This document shows positions 31,026 through 40,807 of a DNA stretch of 64,000 nt, piece after piece. The notes beneath the pieces are model-generated. The model was not told the DNA's origin. It worked only from the letters and a program-made list of their open reading frames with translations, and did not search any database. Both the position numbers and the translations under genes were made by a program. Each line of letters opens with the position of its first letter. Position 1 is the stretch's first letter. The stretch comes from Longimicrobiales bacterium (lineage in GTDB: Bacteria > Gemmatimonadota > Gemmatimonadetes > Longimicrobiales > Gaopeijiaceae), in NCBI GenBank assembly GCA_965226375.1, contig CBDDCX010000008.1, forward strand, positions 1,952,001 through 2,016,000, read 5' to 3'.

Positions 31026-33179
31026 TCAATCGGGTGCCGAAGTGACGCCACCAAGCGCGAGGCGCTGCCAACGAAGAGAGATCCGAAGTGTTCGCCCCGG
31101 ATCGGGATAAGCGAAAATCAGAGCATCCTTGTGATCGACCAGCCGATCCACGTCCAAGCGGATCTCGATGGAACCGCCTCTCGCTCGCCATCGCCGCGCG
31201 ACTCCAACGCCGGTGGTCCAGAAACTGGGGAGCTCATTCACATCGTTGGGAACGGGAAACCGGGCCCCGGTGAATTCCATGCGGAGCGATCCGGACCACT
31301 GCGTGTTCGACCAGGAGGCTCCGGTGCTCCCGCGAAAACGAGGCCGGTACACGAGCTGGACGTCGCTCGACATGGGACGGATGTAGGTCGCGTGATTCCA
31401 TGACCAGTCCGCTCTTACGTCGACGCCCCGAGAGGGCCACCGGATCTGTGTGCGCAGGTCGACGCCTCGCCTCTGTACGTCGAGGTTGCGAGGACTCCAC
31501 ACGAACCGGTAGTCGGGCAGCCACACGATCATCCCCAGAACGTCTCCGGCGTACGCCTCGCCATCGAACGAAAGCTGCGAACGCTCCATCGTGAGGCGTA
31601 GGCCCATTCCACCCACCCACTCCGACGGGACCCGCTCGGGACCGAGATCCGGGTTCGGCTCGACGCCGACCCCCTCACGGAAGAATTGATCGCCGAGCGT
31701 AGGGGGGCTGAACGAGCTCCGGTGCCCCATGTGGAAGTCGACGGCCGACCATCGGGCCGAGAAGCGCAGGTCGTGGCTCAGGTACCATTCGGTGGGGAAG
31801 CCGCTTCGGTCCACCCGGACGGAGGCGCTCAACGCCGACCGTCGACCCATGTCTATCGACGGGGACATCCACGCACCGATGTCGGTTCGAGACGCGATCT
31901 CGCCCAGATCGAGAGCCGTGCTCTGCACTCGCACGTGTGAGGCTGCGAGTCCCATGGCGAGGTCAGCCGCACCCCAAGGCACAGTGGATCCGTGGATCTC
32001 GGCTCCCGTACCCGAGAGCGTGGTTCGATCGTCGTAGGGTGTCCCCACCCCCGGATCAGGGTCCCGAACGTCGGTCGTCTGCCCCATCACGTGCGCGCTC
32101 CAGCGAAGCGCCTGCCCCGCCCCTCCCGCTCGTTCGCCTGAAGCAAAGGCGCGGGAGCGGCGAAGGGTCTGCCGGCCGGTGTGCGAGGGCGCGAAGCTCC
32201 GCCCGGGGAGTCCTCGGTCCATCTGCTCGGTCGCGAGACCGACACGAAGATGGCCGTTCGTCCTGTCGCTGTTCCATCCCAGTCGCGCGCTCCAGAGACG
32301 AGAGTCCGCGTTGTCTCTGATCGAGGCGCCACCGCCGGCCTGGTCCGGCAGATCGAAGTCGAATCCGCCGCCCAATTCGTGAAAGACACCTCCGAGGTCC
32401 ACGGTGCCGCCCAGGAGACGGGCTCCGTAGTCCGCCTCGACCCCTACCTCGCGGAGGGATCCGGTCGTCAACGCGGCGCCTCCTCCCCGCTCTGTCGCGC
32501 GGGTCTCCATCAGGATCACCCCACCCTCGGCCCGGGCCCCGTACCGCGCAGACCTTCCCCCGGGCAGTAGCTGGATGGAGGCGACCTGGCCTGCCGGAAT
32601 CGTGGACAGGTCGGCCTCGCCAGTGATGGGATCGTTGATGGGAACCCCGTCGAGCAGGACGAGGACGGCGTCGCCCCCGCTCCCTCGGATGGACGGCGTC
32701 TGGGATCCACCACGCCCCGTACTCGACAGAAGCACCCCCGGAACGTGGCGCATCAGATCACCTGCAGTCGCACCTGGTAGGGAGCGCAGGTCCTCGTTCG
32801 AGAGTACGAATCCCTCCAGAGGGTCGGCGTCGACCCGTGCCGTTACACCCTCGAGGGCGAACACGGGCGAGAGCCGGATCCTGAGATCCGTGACCCTTCC
32901 GTTTTCGATCACAACTTCGTTGACGGAGGTCACGTAACCCGCCGAAGAGGCCCGCACGGTGTAACGCCCCGGCTCCAGTCCGCAGAGGTCGAAGGCGCCC
33001 CTTCCGTCGAGCCCGGTGGTGCGTGAGCCCGGATCGATGCGGACAACGGCGGTGGCAAGGGGGTGGTCGGTGAACGCATCGACGACCCGCCCACGGATCT
33101 CACCGGGCCACTGCGCATGCAGCGGCTCGGCCGAGCCGAGGGCCCAGAATGCCATCGATACCAACAAAAAGACCCGCAT
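31026..33179 (-). CDS. TonB-dependent receptor, probably for cobalamin
   Basis: Signal peptide, plug motifs SIRG..VLVLLDGVPIND and SARYG..GGVI, NPDLGPE, PGRT; downstream of a cobalamin riboswitch. Confidence 0.85.
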   Translation of the reverse strand: MRVFLLVSMAFWALGSAEPLHAQWPGEIRGRVVDAFTDHPLATAVVRIDPGSRTTGLDGRGAFDLCGLEPGRYTVRASSAGYVTSVNEVVIENGRVTDLRIRLSPVFALEGVTARVDADPLEGFVLSNEDLRSLPGATAGDLMRHVPGVLLSSTGRGGSQTPSIRGSGGDAVLVLLDGVPINDPITGEADLSTIPAGQVASIQLLPGGRSARYGARAEGGVILMETRATERGGGAALTTGSLREVGVEADYGARLLGGTVDLGGVFHELGGGFDFDLPDQAGGGASIRDNADSRLWSARLGWNSDRTNGHLRVGLATEQMDRGLPGRSFAPSHTGRQTLRRSRAFASGERAGGAGQALRWSAHVMGQTTDVRDPDPGVGTPYDDRTTLSGTGAEIHGSTVPWGAADLAMGLAASHVRVQSTALDLGEIASRTDIGAWMSPSIDMGRRSALSASVRVDRSGFPTEWYLSHDLRFSARWSAVDFHMGHRSSFSPPTLGDQFFREGVGVEPNPDLGPERVPSEWVGGMGLRLTMERSQLSFDGEAYAGDVLGMIVWLPDYRFVWSPRNLDVQRRGVDLRTQIRWPSRGVDVRADWSWNHATYIRPMSSDVQLVYRPRFRGSTGASWSNTQWSGSLRMEFTGARFPVPNDVNELPSFWTTGVGVARRWRARGGSIEIRLDVDRLVDHKDALIFAYPDPGRTLRISLRWQRLALGGVTSAPD

Positions 33180-33209
33180 CTCTTCCCCTCGAAGAGTGCC
33201 TGGGATGCG

Positions 33210-33375
33210 GGCGTGCAGATCTACTGACTTAGGGCGGCTTTCCCTCGCCTTCCCAGAGCCCTCGGGCTCCAGTGGCTTTCTAGAGGGGGCCTTTCCGGCG
33301 CGTGTCGCGCCGAGCCCATCACAGTGGCGGGGCCGTGCCGGATTCACACCGGCTTCTGAGATGCCTCGCCCGCTT
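33210..33375 (-). ncRNA. Cobalamin riboswitch
   Basis: Minus strand reads GAAGCCGGTGTGAATCCGGCACGGCCCCGCCACTGTGA...AGCCACTG...GGGAAGG...AGTCAGTAGATCTGC, matching the B12-element core; boundaries approximate. Confidence 0.9.
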
Positions 33376-33446
33376 CAGCTAAATTGTGGCACCAAGGTGT
33401 TCCAACGGCACGTCGGCGTCAAGCTGGCCGCGAAGTGGGCCGTCGC

Positions 33447-34214
33447 TCAAATCGTCTCGAGCACCTCGACCCGTACCCAACCCACCTTCCCATCCTCCAG
33501 CACCACCTCGGCCCATGCCTCGGCACGACGGTCCACCCGGACCTTGGTACCTTCGTGCACCGTGAAGATGATGAGCGTCTCGTCATCCACAGGTGCGCTC
33601 AAGACCTCGACCTGGGGCACCATGATCACGGCCTCTTCCGACCTACCGAGCCCCAGCTGGATGGCCAGATTGAGCCCTAGGACCAGCAGCACCCCGCCGG
33701 CCGCGAGCGCCACGTGCCCACCCCAGAGGGCCGCCGACCCTCCGCGCTTCCAAACGAGCAGAATCACACCGGTCATCCCGGCCACATATGCCAACGCCAC
33801 CAGGAACAGGAGGATCGATCTGGGCAAGAGGTCGACCCACCAACTCCAGGCGTCCAGCACCCAGAACCTGGGCAGAGGCTCGATCTCGTCGGCCGTGAGA
33901 GATCGTGCCAGGTCAAGGTTCACCCGCACGTCCTCGTCACTGGGAAGTAGCCGTCGTGCTCGCTCGTAGTGCAGAATGGCGCGTGCCAGATCACCGACCT
34001 TGAAGTAGGTGTTCCCGATGTTGTAGTAGACCTCTCCGCTCTCCAGCCCGGCCTCGACCACTCGCAGGTAGCTGGACAGGGCTCCCTCGAAATCGCCCTC
34101 CTGGTAGAGCCGGTTCCCCTCCTGGTAGAACTCCACTTGGACGGATGCGGCGCCGGGAGCGAGGAGTGCCAAGGCGGACAACGTGACAGCGCAGCAGAGC
34201 AGGCCCCGTCTCAT
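33447..34214 (-). CDS. batE: BatE-like TPR/SH3 protein
   Basis: YYNIGNTYFK..AILHYERA TPR; HEGTKV..W..GWV SH3-like tail; last gene of the operon. Confidence 0.8.
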   Translation of the reverse strand: MRRGLLCCAVTLSALALLAPGAASVQVEFYQEGNRLYQEGDFEGALSSYLRVVEAGLESGEVYYNIGNTYFKVGDLARAILHYERARRLLPSDEDVRVNLDLARSLTADEIEPLPRFWVLDAWSWWVDLLPRSILLFLVALAYVAGMTGVILLVWKRGGSAALWGGHVALAAGGVLLVLGLNLAIQLGLGRSEEAVIMVPQVEVLSAPVDDETLIIFTVHEGTKVRVDRRAEAWAEVVLEDGKVGWVRVEVLETI

Positions 34215-36055
34215 GACAGGCCCTCCTGCACGGCGGCCATGGCCGCGGCGGCCCGCTCGTAGAATCGGGCTCGCTTCTCGTCGGTGGAGCCCGCTGGAGC
34301 GAAGCGAGCCCGGTCGCACACAGCAAGGCATTCCAGATACTCCCTTACCGCCTCTGATGAGACCCCGCGCTCGGTGAGTTCCGATTCGGCGCTGTCGGAC
34401 ATGAACCCGGCCTCCGCCACGTTGAGCTTGTCCGCAAGAAAGCCCCGGAGGGCCCGCTCGACCTCGACGTAGAAGGTCCGCACATCGGCACCCGACGCGA
34501 GGGAGCGGGCCCTGCCCAGGCGCTTCCGAGCAACACGACTCGCCCGACGTGCGCGCGCAAACGCCACATCACCCTCCAGCCGGTCCTGGTGCCACCGCAA
34601 ACCCAAGGTCCCGATCATGGCGACCAGGGGAAGTAGCGTTACGATCCAAAAGCCCGGCGAATCGAAGATGGAGGCATCGGCTACGGCGAATCGCGGAGGA
34701 GCGATGCGAATGAACCGGATGTCCTCCCGAAGCGTCTCGACGCCGCTGCGTAAACCAGGCCTGATCGTAATGGCGTCACCCGTCACCGCCAGACCCAGGG
34801 GCTCCGTCTCCACGGTCGCATAACGTCCTCTCCCCACATCGAAGTAGCTCATCTCGATGGGAGGGATGGTCTTCGCACCCGGAGTCCGCGGAATCAGAAC
34901 GTAGTCGTACGTCTTGGTGCCACTGATGCGGGTGCCGCTTCGGTCAATGGATTCTGAGACATCTGGGGGAAAGACCTCGAAGTCACGGGAAAGGACGATA
35001 GTGGGCGCGGTGAGCCCTCGGAGGTTGCCCTCCCCCGTCACCCGGACCGACAGGGTCACCGCCTCGTTCGTCTCCACATCGGTCCGGTCGAGCGAGGCCG
35101 TGACGCCGAGGCGGCCCACCAGACCGGTGAAACTCTCCGGCCGCCCCTCCCCCGGCAGAGGCATTACCTCGATTTCCACGGCTTCGGACGCGACCAGCAC
35201 GGGTTCGATGGAGCCGAAGAGAGAGCTCCGGTTGAAAAAATCCTGGAAGGGGTCCCGGGACCGCTGCTGTATTCTGACCCGAGCCTCGACCGTCATCGGC
35301 TCCACCGTCTTCGTGCCGGGTCCGGTCGGAAAGAGTACGGAATGTCGGAGAACGGCGCTGGCATACTGCACGCCATCTCGGACCACCTGCTCGACCTGGG
35401 GATTCTGCGTCTGCGGTACATCCTCGACCCAGAATCCCTCGTTTCCTCCCGTCTGTGTAACGGAGTAGGAGGTAACGTTCACCCGGGTGAACAGCCGATA
35501 GCGGACCACGACCGGTTCGTTCTCGTAAACCCGGCGCTTATTCACTTCGGCGATGACAAACAGGTCGTCGGGGGCCGGCCCCGAGGGGTCGTCCCGGGGG
35601 GGGACAGCGCCCTGACCTGAAGAAGGCACGGCGGAAACCGTCAGCGTGATCGGCTCGGTGGCGAGCACCCGCCCCCCGGCCCGAACCGTGACCGGTCCGA
35701 TGTCGAAGGTGCCCTCCTCCATCGCCTGGTATCGATACTGGATGATCACCGAGACGGTGGTGGCCCCGTTGATCATCTGCATGTTCGTGGAGCTGCTGGC
35801 GCCCAGGTACCGCCCGAAGGTCCCGATAATCGGAAGCTCGGGGTCGGTGTCGGTGCGCTGTGTGCCCCGTACCTCCACGTTCAGCACGAACTGCCCGTTG
35901 AGGCCCACCGAGGCGGGGGTGAGGAAAGCCCGGGCGGAGACTTCCTGAGCGGCCACTTGAACGGGCGCAGCCACCGCCAGAATCATGACCCCCAACAAGA
36001 GCCACGATCCTCTGTACGGGATCACCGACGACACGGTGTGAGCCAGGCGCATCAT
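34211..36055 (-). CDS. batD: BatD-like protein
   Basis: Signal peptide, VYENEPV, VTGEGNL, YFD, one TM; position in bat operon. Confidence 0.8.
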   Translation of the reverse strand: MMRLAHTVSSVIPYRGSWLLLGVMILAVAAPVQVAAQEVSARAFLTPASVGLNGQFVLNVEVRGTQRTDTDPELPIIGTFGRYLGASSSTNMQMINGATTVSVIIQYRYQAMEEGTFDIGPVTVRAGGRVLATEPITLTVSAVPSSGQGAVPPRDDPSGPAPDDLFVIAEVNKRRVYENEPVVVRYRLFTRVNVTSYSVTQTGGNEGFWVEDVPQTQNPQVEQVVRDGVQYASAVLRHSVLFPTGPGTKTVEPMTVEARVRIQQRSRDPFQDFFNRSSLFGSIEPVLVASEAVEIEVMPLPGEGRPESFTGLVGRLGVTASLDRTDVETNEAVTLSVRVTGEGNLRGLTAPTIVLSRDFEVFPPDVSESIDRSGTRISGTKTYDYVLIPRTPGAKTIPPIEMSYFDVGRGRYATVETEPLGLAVTGDAITIRPGLRSGVETLREDIRFIRIAPPRFAVADASIFDSPGFWIVTLLPLVAMIGTLGLRWHQDRLEGDVAFARARRASRVARKRLGRARSLASGADVRTFYVEVERALRGFLADKLNVAEAGFMSDSAESELTERGVSSEAVREYLECLAVCDRARFAPAGSTDEKRARFYERAAAAMAAVQEGLS

Positions 36056-36059
36056 AATC

Positions 36060-36812
36060 CTACCAGGGTCTCCTGGACCGGCGACCCCGAGCTGGCTGGG
36101 CACGTCGATTCACGTCGTCGGGATCCTCCTGGACGGCCTGCAGGAGGCGCTCGGCTTCTTCCCGGCTCATCTCGCCTGGAGCCTCCTGAGGCTGCTGCTG
36201 TTCGTCCTCGGATTCCTGGTCCTCGGGCGGTTGCTGATCCTGGTTCTGGTCCTGGGGGGGGTCTTGCTCCCCATCCTGTTGGTCCTGCTCTTGCTCCTGG
36301 TCCTCCTGGTCCTGTTGCTGCTGGTCTTGGTCCTCGGGCTCGCCCTCACCGTCCTGCTGCTGCTCCTGATCCTGCTCCTCGAGCTGCTCCAGAACCCGCT
36401 CGAGATTGTGCTTGTAGTCCAGGTCCCCCGGGGTGTTGCGGAGAGCCTGCTTGAACGCCTCGAGGCTCTCTTCCAGCTGTTGCCCCCGATACAACGCGTT
36501 CCCGAGGTTGTACCACGCCGGTCCAGCCAAGTCCGCATCGCCGCTCTCGATCGACTGACGATAGGCGTCGAGAGCCCTTTCATACTCCTCGGTCTGGTAG
36601 AGGGCGTTCCCGTCGTTGAAAAGGGCCAAGGGCGAACCCGGAGCGTCGCGCAGTGCCTCGAGGTACTTCTCGTGCGCCTCCCCGAAGCGCCCCTCCTCAT
36701 AGAGGCGGTTGCCCTCGTTCACGTCGGCACGACCCCGCTGGGCCGCCACCGAGAATGGCGACGCCGCGAGCGCCGCAGCAGCGGCGGCGATGAGCCCCAG
36801 GGTGAGCCTCAT
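36060..36812 (-). CDS. batC: BatC-like TPR protein with Q/D/E-rich tail
   Basis: AWYNLGNALY TPRs, low-complexity linker, MSREEAERLL..RPW end. Confidence 0.8.
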   Translation of the reverse strand: MRLTLGLIAAAAAALAASPFSVAAQRGRADVNEGNRLYEEGRFGEAHEKYLEALRDAPGSPLALFNDGNALYQTEEYERALDAYRQSIESGDADLAGPAWYNLGNALYRGQQLEESLEAFKQALRNTPGDLDYKHNLERVLEQLEEQDQEQQQDGEGEPEDQDQQQQDQEDQEQEQDQQDGEQDPPQDQNQDQQPPEDQESEDEQQQPQEAPGEMSREEAERLLQAVQEDPDDVNRRAQPARGRRSRRPW

Positions 36813-37840
36813 GAGAACCTCCCCTCCCATGCTTCTTTCATCCGTCGTCGGTCCGGCACGAAACCCTCGACCAAGAGGAGCATCAGCGCCATCCCGAGGA
36901 ACACTTGGAACTGCTCCTCGAACTGTGTAATCTGCCGGGCCTCGAGCTCACGGCCCTCACCACCGGTGATCTCGTCCACGAGAGCATCCAAACCCGTTCC
37001 GGAACCGGTGGCCGGAAAGTACTGGCCCCCGGTCGCCAGAGAGATACGCCGTAGGGTCGCGTCGTCTAGCCGGGTGGTGACGACGTTCCCTTCGGCGTCC
37101 CGCTTGAAACCGCTGCGCACTCCGGCCTCATCGATCTCCGGTATGGGAACACCCTCCAACGATCCGATCCCGACGGTATGGATCTGCACACCCTCTTGCA
37201 CGGCGCGCTCGACAGCGCTCTCGATCTCGCCCTCGTGGTCCTCTCCGTCGGTGACGATCAGCAGCACGCGGTGATCACGGCTGCCCTCCTCGAAGGCGTC
37301 CAGCGCCACGGTCAGGGCCTCACCCAGGTTGGTACCCTGGAGGGGAATCAGGTCCGTATCCATGGCGTTCAGGAACATGGCTGCGGCCCCGTAGTCCACC
37401 GTCAAAGGTGCCTGCACGAAGGCGTTTCCGGCAAAGGCGACCAGCCCGATACGGTCTCCGTCGAGCCGCTGCAGAATGCGCATGATTTCAAGGCGTGCCC
37501 TCTCCAACCGGTTCGGGCCGGCATCCTCGGCGAGCATGGACAGCGATACGTCCAGAGCCACCATCACATCCTGTCCCTGGCTCCGCACGGTCTCCACCCG
37601 GGTCCCGAACTGGGGACGTGCCAGCGACAGCACCAGGAATGCCACCGCCACCAACAGCAGGATCCCCTTGGCCGTTCGCCCCCTGCGGCTCACGGTCAGG
37701 CTCAGCTTGTGCACCAGATCCAGGTCGCCGAAACGGGCCAGAGCCTGCCTGCGCGCCCGGAGTGCTCCCCAGAAGAACGCCGCCAGCGCGGGCACAAGGA
37801 CGAGTCCAAAGAGCGTCTCGACGGAAAAGAATCGGAACAC
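36809..37840 (-). CDS. batB: BatB-like VWA protein
   Basis: LARPQFG, MIDAS DVSLSM, DRIGLVAFAG, TDGEDH. Confidence 0.85.
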   Translation of the reverse strand: MFRFFSVETLFGLVLVPALAAFFWGALRARRQALARFGDLDLVHKLSLTVSRRGRTAKGILLLVAVAFLVLSLARPQFGTRVETVRSQGQDVMVALDVSLSMLAEDAGPNRLERARLEIMRILQRLDGDRIGLVAFAGNAFVQAPLTVDYGAAAMFLNAMDTDLIPLQGTNLGEALTVALDAFEEGSRDHRVLLIVTDGEDHEGEIESAVERAVQEGVQIHTVGIGSLEGVPIPEIDEAGVRSGFKRDAEGNVVTTRLDDATLRRISLATGGQYFPATGSGTGLDALVDEITGGEGRELEARQITQFEEQFQVFLGMALMLLLVEGFVPDRRRMKEAWEGRFS

Positions 37841-37848
37841 GTGGTCTC

Positions 37849-38838
37849 CTACGGCAGTTTGCGGAGAGCGGTCTGGCCCAAACCCACCTCTAGAACCAGC
37901 AGGAGGAGGCCCGCGGCCAGCGGGTAATGGAACAGCTCGCCATAACTCGTGAAGTTCTGCACTTCGACCTCGGTGGTCTCCAACTCGTCGATCTCGCGGT
38001 AGATCTCAGAGAGACTCTCGGAATCCGTGGCCCTGAAATACCGCCCGCCCGTGAGCTGCGCGACTTCCCGGAGCGTCGGTTCGTCGACGTCCACCTGAAT
38101 GTTCACGTAGCGACGGCCCAGGGTGGGGTCGTCGACAGGCACCCGCGCCATCCCCTGGCTACCAGCGCCGATCGTGTAGACCTTCACGCCGAGGGCCTGG
38201 GCCATCTGTGCCGCGGTCACGGGCCCGATCTCACCGGTGTTGCTTCGGCCATCCGTGAGAAGAACGATGACTTTGGATTCGGCATCCGAAGCCTGGAGGC
38301 GCTTCACGGCGGTCGCGAGACCCATTCCGACCGTGGTCCCATCCTGGATCATCCCGACCTCCATCTGGCCGAGAAGGTCCGTGACCACGGAGTAGTCCAG
38401 CGTCAGGGGCGCCTGCGTGAACGCCTGTCCGGCAAAAACCACCAGTCCGATACGGTCGTCGCGGCGGCCCGCGACGAATTCGGCCGCGACGGACTTGGCG
38501 GCCTCTAGTCGGTTCGGTTCGAGATCTTCGGCGAGCATGGAGCTCGAGATGTCGATGACCAAAACGATGTCGATGCCCTCGGCCGTCACGGTCTCACTCG
38601 TGATCCCCGTTTGGGGCCTCGCAAAAGCGACGATGAGCGCCGTGAGAGCGATGATCCGGAAGATGAACAGGCTATGACGGAAACGGCCTGTCCGTCCGAC
38701 GTCGGCGTGCTTCAGCGACGCGACATCGGAGTACCGAATGGCTCCGGATCGCTGCCTTCGGCGCGCCACATAGCTGTATACCATGAACGGCAGGACCACT
38801 AGCAGCACCAGGAACCAGGGATCCTCGAATCGATACAT
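37849..38838 (-). CDS. batA: BatA-like VWA protein
   Basis: ARPQ, MIDAS DISSSM, LLTDG, TGGRYFRA. Confidence 0.87.
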   Translation of the reverse strand: MYRFEDPWFLVLLVVLPFMVYSYVARRRQRSGAIRYSDVASLKHADVGRTGRFRHSLFIFRIIALTALIVAFARPQTGITSETVTAEGIDIVLVIDISSSMLAEDLEPNRLEAAKSVAAEFVAGRRDDRIGLVVFAGQAFTQAPLTLDYSVVTDLLGQMEVGMIQDGTTVGMGLATAVKRLQASDAESKVIVLLTDGRSNTGEIGPVTAAQMAQALGVKVYTIGAGSQGMARVPVDDPTLGRRYVNIQVDVDEPTLREVAQLTGGRYFRATDSESLSEIYREIDELETTEVEVQNFTSYGELFHYPLAAGLLLLVLEVGLGQTALRKLP

Positions 38839-39857
38839 CAGGCCCCCTCGGCTCCAGCCGGCTCGAGGACGGGATCACGATCCTCGGCGTCCCCATCCGG
38901 CGTGGGTGCCTCGGTCAGATCTTCCGCCCGTCCCCGGGTACGATCGACCAGCGCGCGAGCGGCCGCCAGCGCCTGCCGACAGGCATCAGGCGTCGGACGG
39001 AGCTTGGCGAACTTGACCAGATCGCACCGGCTCAAGAACTGAGCGAAAGCCGCCAGAGCATCATCGTCGAGTCCGGTCCTACGGAGCCCGTCCATGACCT
39101 CGGTCGTCGTCATTTCCAGGGCGAAGACGTCGAAACGGCCTTCCACATAGGTCCGCATGATCTCGGACACCCCGATATGGTACTCCTTGATCTGCGAGCG
39201 CTGCAGCAGATCCGACGCCTCCAGGCGATCGAGAGCGTCGTACGCCTCCTCGTGGGGAAGCCGGGGGATGATGACCGCCCGCCGCGACGCGGAATCATCA
39301 CCTCGGCGTCGTCTCCGCCAGAGCCAGAACGCCGCCAGGCACACCGCCACCAGTAGAAGCAGCCAAGGGAGCACGTAGATCACGCCAATAGGGATGCCGA
39401 GCGGGCCCCGGATGGTGCGGATGTCTCCCCCTTCGTCCAGACCCACACTCTGCACGGTCACACCGTACGCATCGGTGGAGACCGTGGTAGACGCTCCGTC
39501 GGGACCCTCGACCATAAGCTCGAAGCTCGGGACCTCGAGGTCGCCGAGTTCGAAGACGGTAAGCGTAATCCGAGCGCCCGTTACGGTGCGACCTTCCAGG
39601 TCCGTCGGCGCCAGAAGCTCGGCTCCGAGGATCTCGAAAGGCTCCAGCGAAAGGGAGTCGGGCCAGACCACCCTTTCCCCCGGAGCATGCTCCACCGTAA
39701 CGGAGAGTTGGAGTCGGTCACCCACGCTGACCAGGGTCGTGTCCAGACCCGTGCGGACTCTGGGCGTCTGGGCCATGCCGACGCTAGGCGTCAGGATAGC
39801 GAACGCGGCCACCGCAAGGATCAAAGCCGAAGCCTGTAGCGGCCGATAAGCGCTCAT
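38838..39857 (-). CDS. Membrane protein of the bat/moxR operon
   Basis: Signal peptide, one TM, ALEMTT and DLVKFAK motifs. Confidence 0.75.
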   Translation of the reverse strand: MSAYRPLQASALILAVAAFAILTPSVGMAQTPRVRTGLDTTLVSVGDRLQLSVTVEHAPGERVVWPDSLSLEPFEILGAELLAPTDLEGRTVTGARITLTVFELGDLEVPSFELMVEGPDGASTTVSTDAYGVTVQSVGLDEGGDIRTIRGPLGIPIGVIYVLPWLLLLVAVCLAAFWLWRRRRRGDDSASRRAVIIPRLPHEEAYDALDRLEASDLLQRSQIKEYHIGVSEIMRTYVEGRFDVFALEMTTTEVMDGLRRTGLDDDALAAFAQFLSRCDLVKFAKLRPTPDACRQALAAARALVDRTRGRAEDLTEAPTPDGDAEDRDPVLEPAGAEGA

Positions 39858-40732
39858 CGGAACCGCCTCTCCCGCTCCTTGAAGAAGCGCATGAGGGGCT
39901 GGACGTACGACTCGTCGGTCTGGATGTCGATTACGTCGACTCGGCTGCGGCGGAAGGTACGCTCCAGCTCCTCGCGGGCCTTCACCGAGTGCTCTTCGAA
40001 CGTGGCGCGAAATCGTGCGTCCGAGGTGTTAACCAGGTACAACTCACCCGTCTCCGCATCCTCGAACTCCACATACCCGAGCGGCGGCAGCGACGCCTCA
40101 CGCCGATCGCCCAGGCGCACGGCGATGAGATCGTGCCTTCTTCCCGCCACGGACAGAGGCTTCTCGAACCCCTCGGACATGAAATCGGATACCAAAAACG
40201 CCACCGCCCGCCGCCGAACCACATGAGTCAGGTACTCCAGAACTCCGGCGATGTCGGTCCCGCGGCCCTCCGGCCGGTGGTAGAACAGCTCCCTGAGCAC
40301 GCGGAGTACGTGGGCGCGGCCCTTACGAGGCGGAACGAACTTCTCGATGCGGTCACTGAAGATGATCAGGCCGACCTTGTCATTGTTCTTGATGGCGCTG
40401 AAGGCCAGTAGCGCACAGATCTCGACCGCGACCTCGCCTTTCATCCGCTCTCGGGTGCCGAAGTCGCCGGAAGCACTCACGTCCACCACGAGCATCACGG
40501 TGAGCTCGCGTTCCTCCTCGAAGACCTTGACGAACGGATGTCCTGTCCGGGCAGTGACATTCCAGTCGATGCTCCGGATATCGTCTCCGTACTGATATTC
40601 ACGAACCTCGGCGAAATCCATCCCACGGCCCTTGAATACCGAATGGTATTCTCCCGAAAAGACCTCGTTGACGAGGCCCCGGGTGGTGATCTCGACCCGG
40701 CGAACCTTCTTGAGGATCTCTCGGGGAATCAT
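39854..40732 (-). CDS. DUF58 family protein
   Basis: GMDFAEVREYQYGDDIRSIDWNVTAR, EEERE, SDF. Confidence 0.92.
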   Translation of the reverse strand: MIPREILKKVRRVEITTRGLVNEVFSGEYHSVFKGRGMDFAEVREYQYGDDIRSIDWNVTARTGHPFVKVFEEERELTVMLVVDVSASGDFGTRERMKGEVAVEICALLAFSAIKNNDKVGLIIFSDRIEKFVPPRKGRAHVLRVLRELFYHRPEGRGTDIAGVLEYLTHVVRRRAVAFLVSDFMSEGFEKPLSVAGRRHDLIAVRLGDRREASLPPLGYVEFEDAETGELYLVNTSDARFRATFEEHSVKAREELERTFRRSRVDVIDIQTDESYVQPLMRFFKERERRFR

Positions 40733-40807
40733 CGACTCGACTCCGGCGATGAGACGCTCGCGCGCCTTCCGGCTTCGAACCGACCACAGCAGATGCTCAT
40801 GAAAGGC

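Noticed and set aside
36190..36390. Repetitive CTG/GTC-rich tract and 347-aa Leu/Val-rich + strand ORF
   Set aside because: Antisense shadow of the Q/D/E-rich BatC linker.
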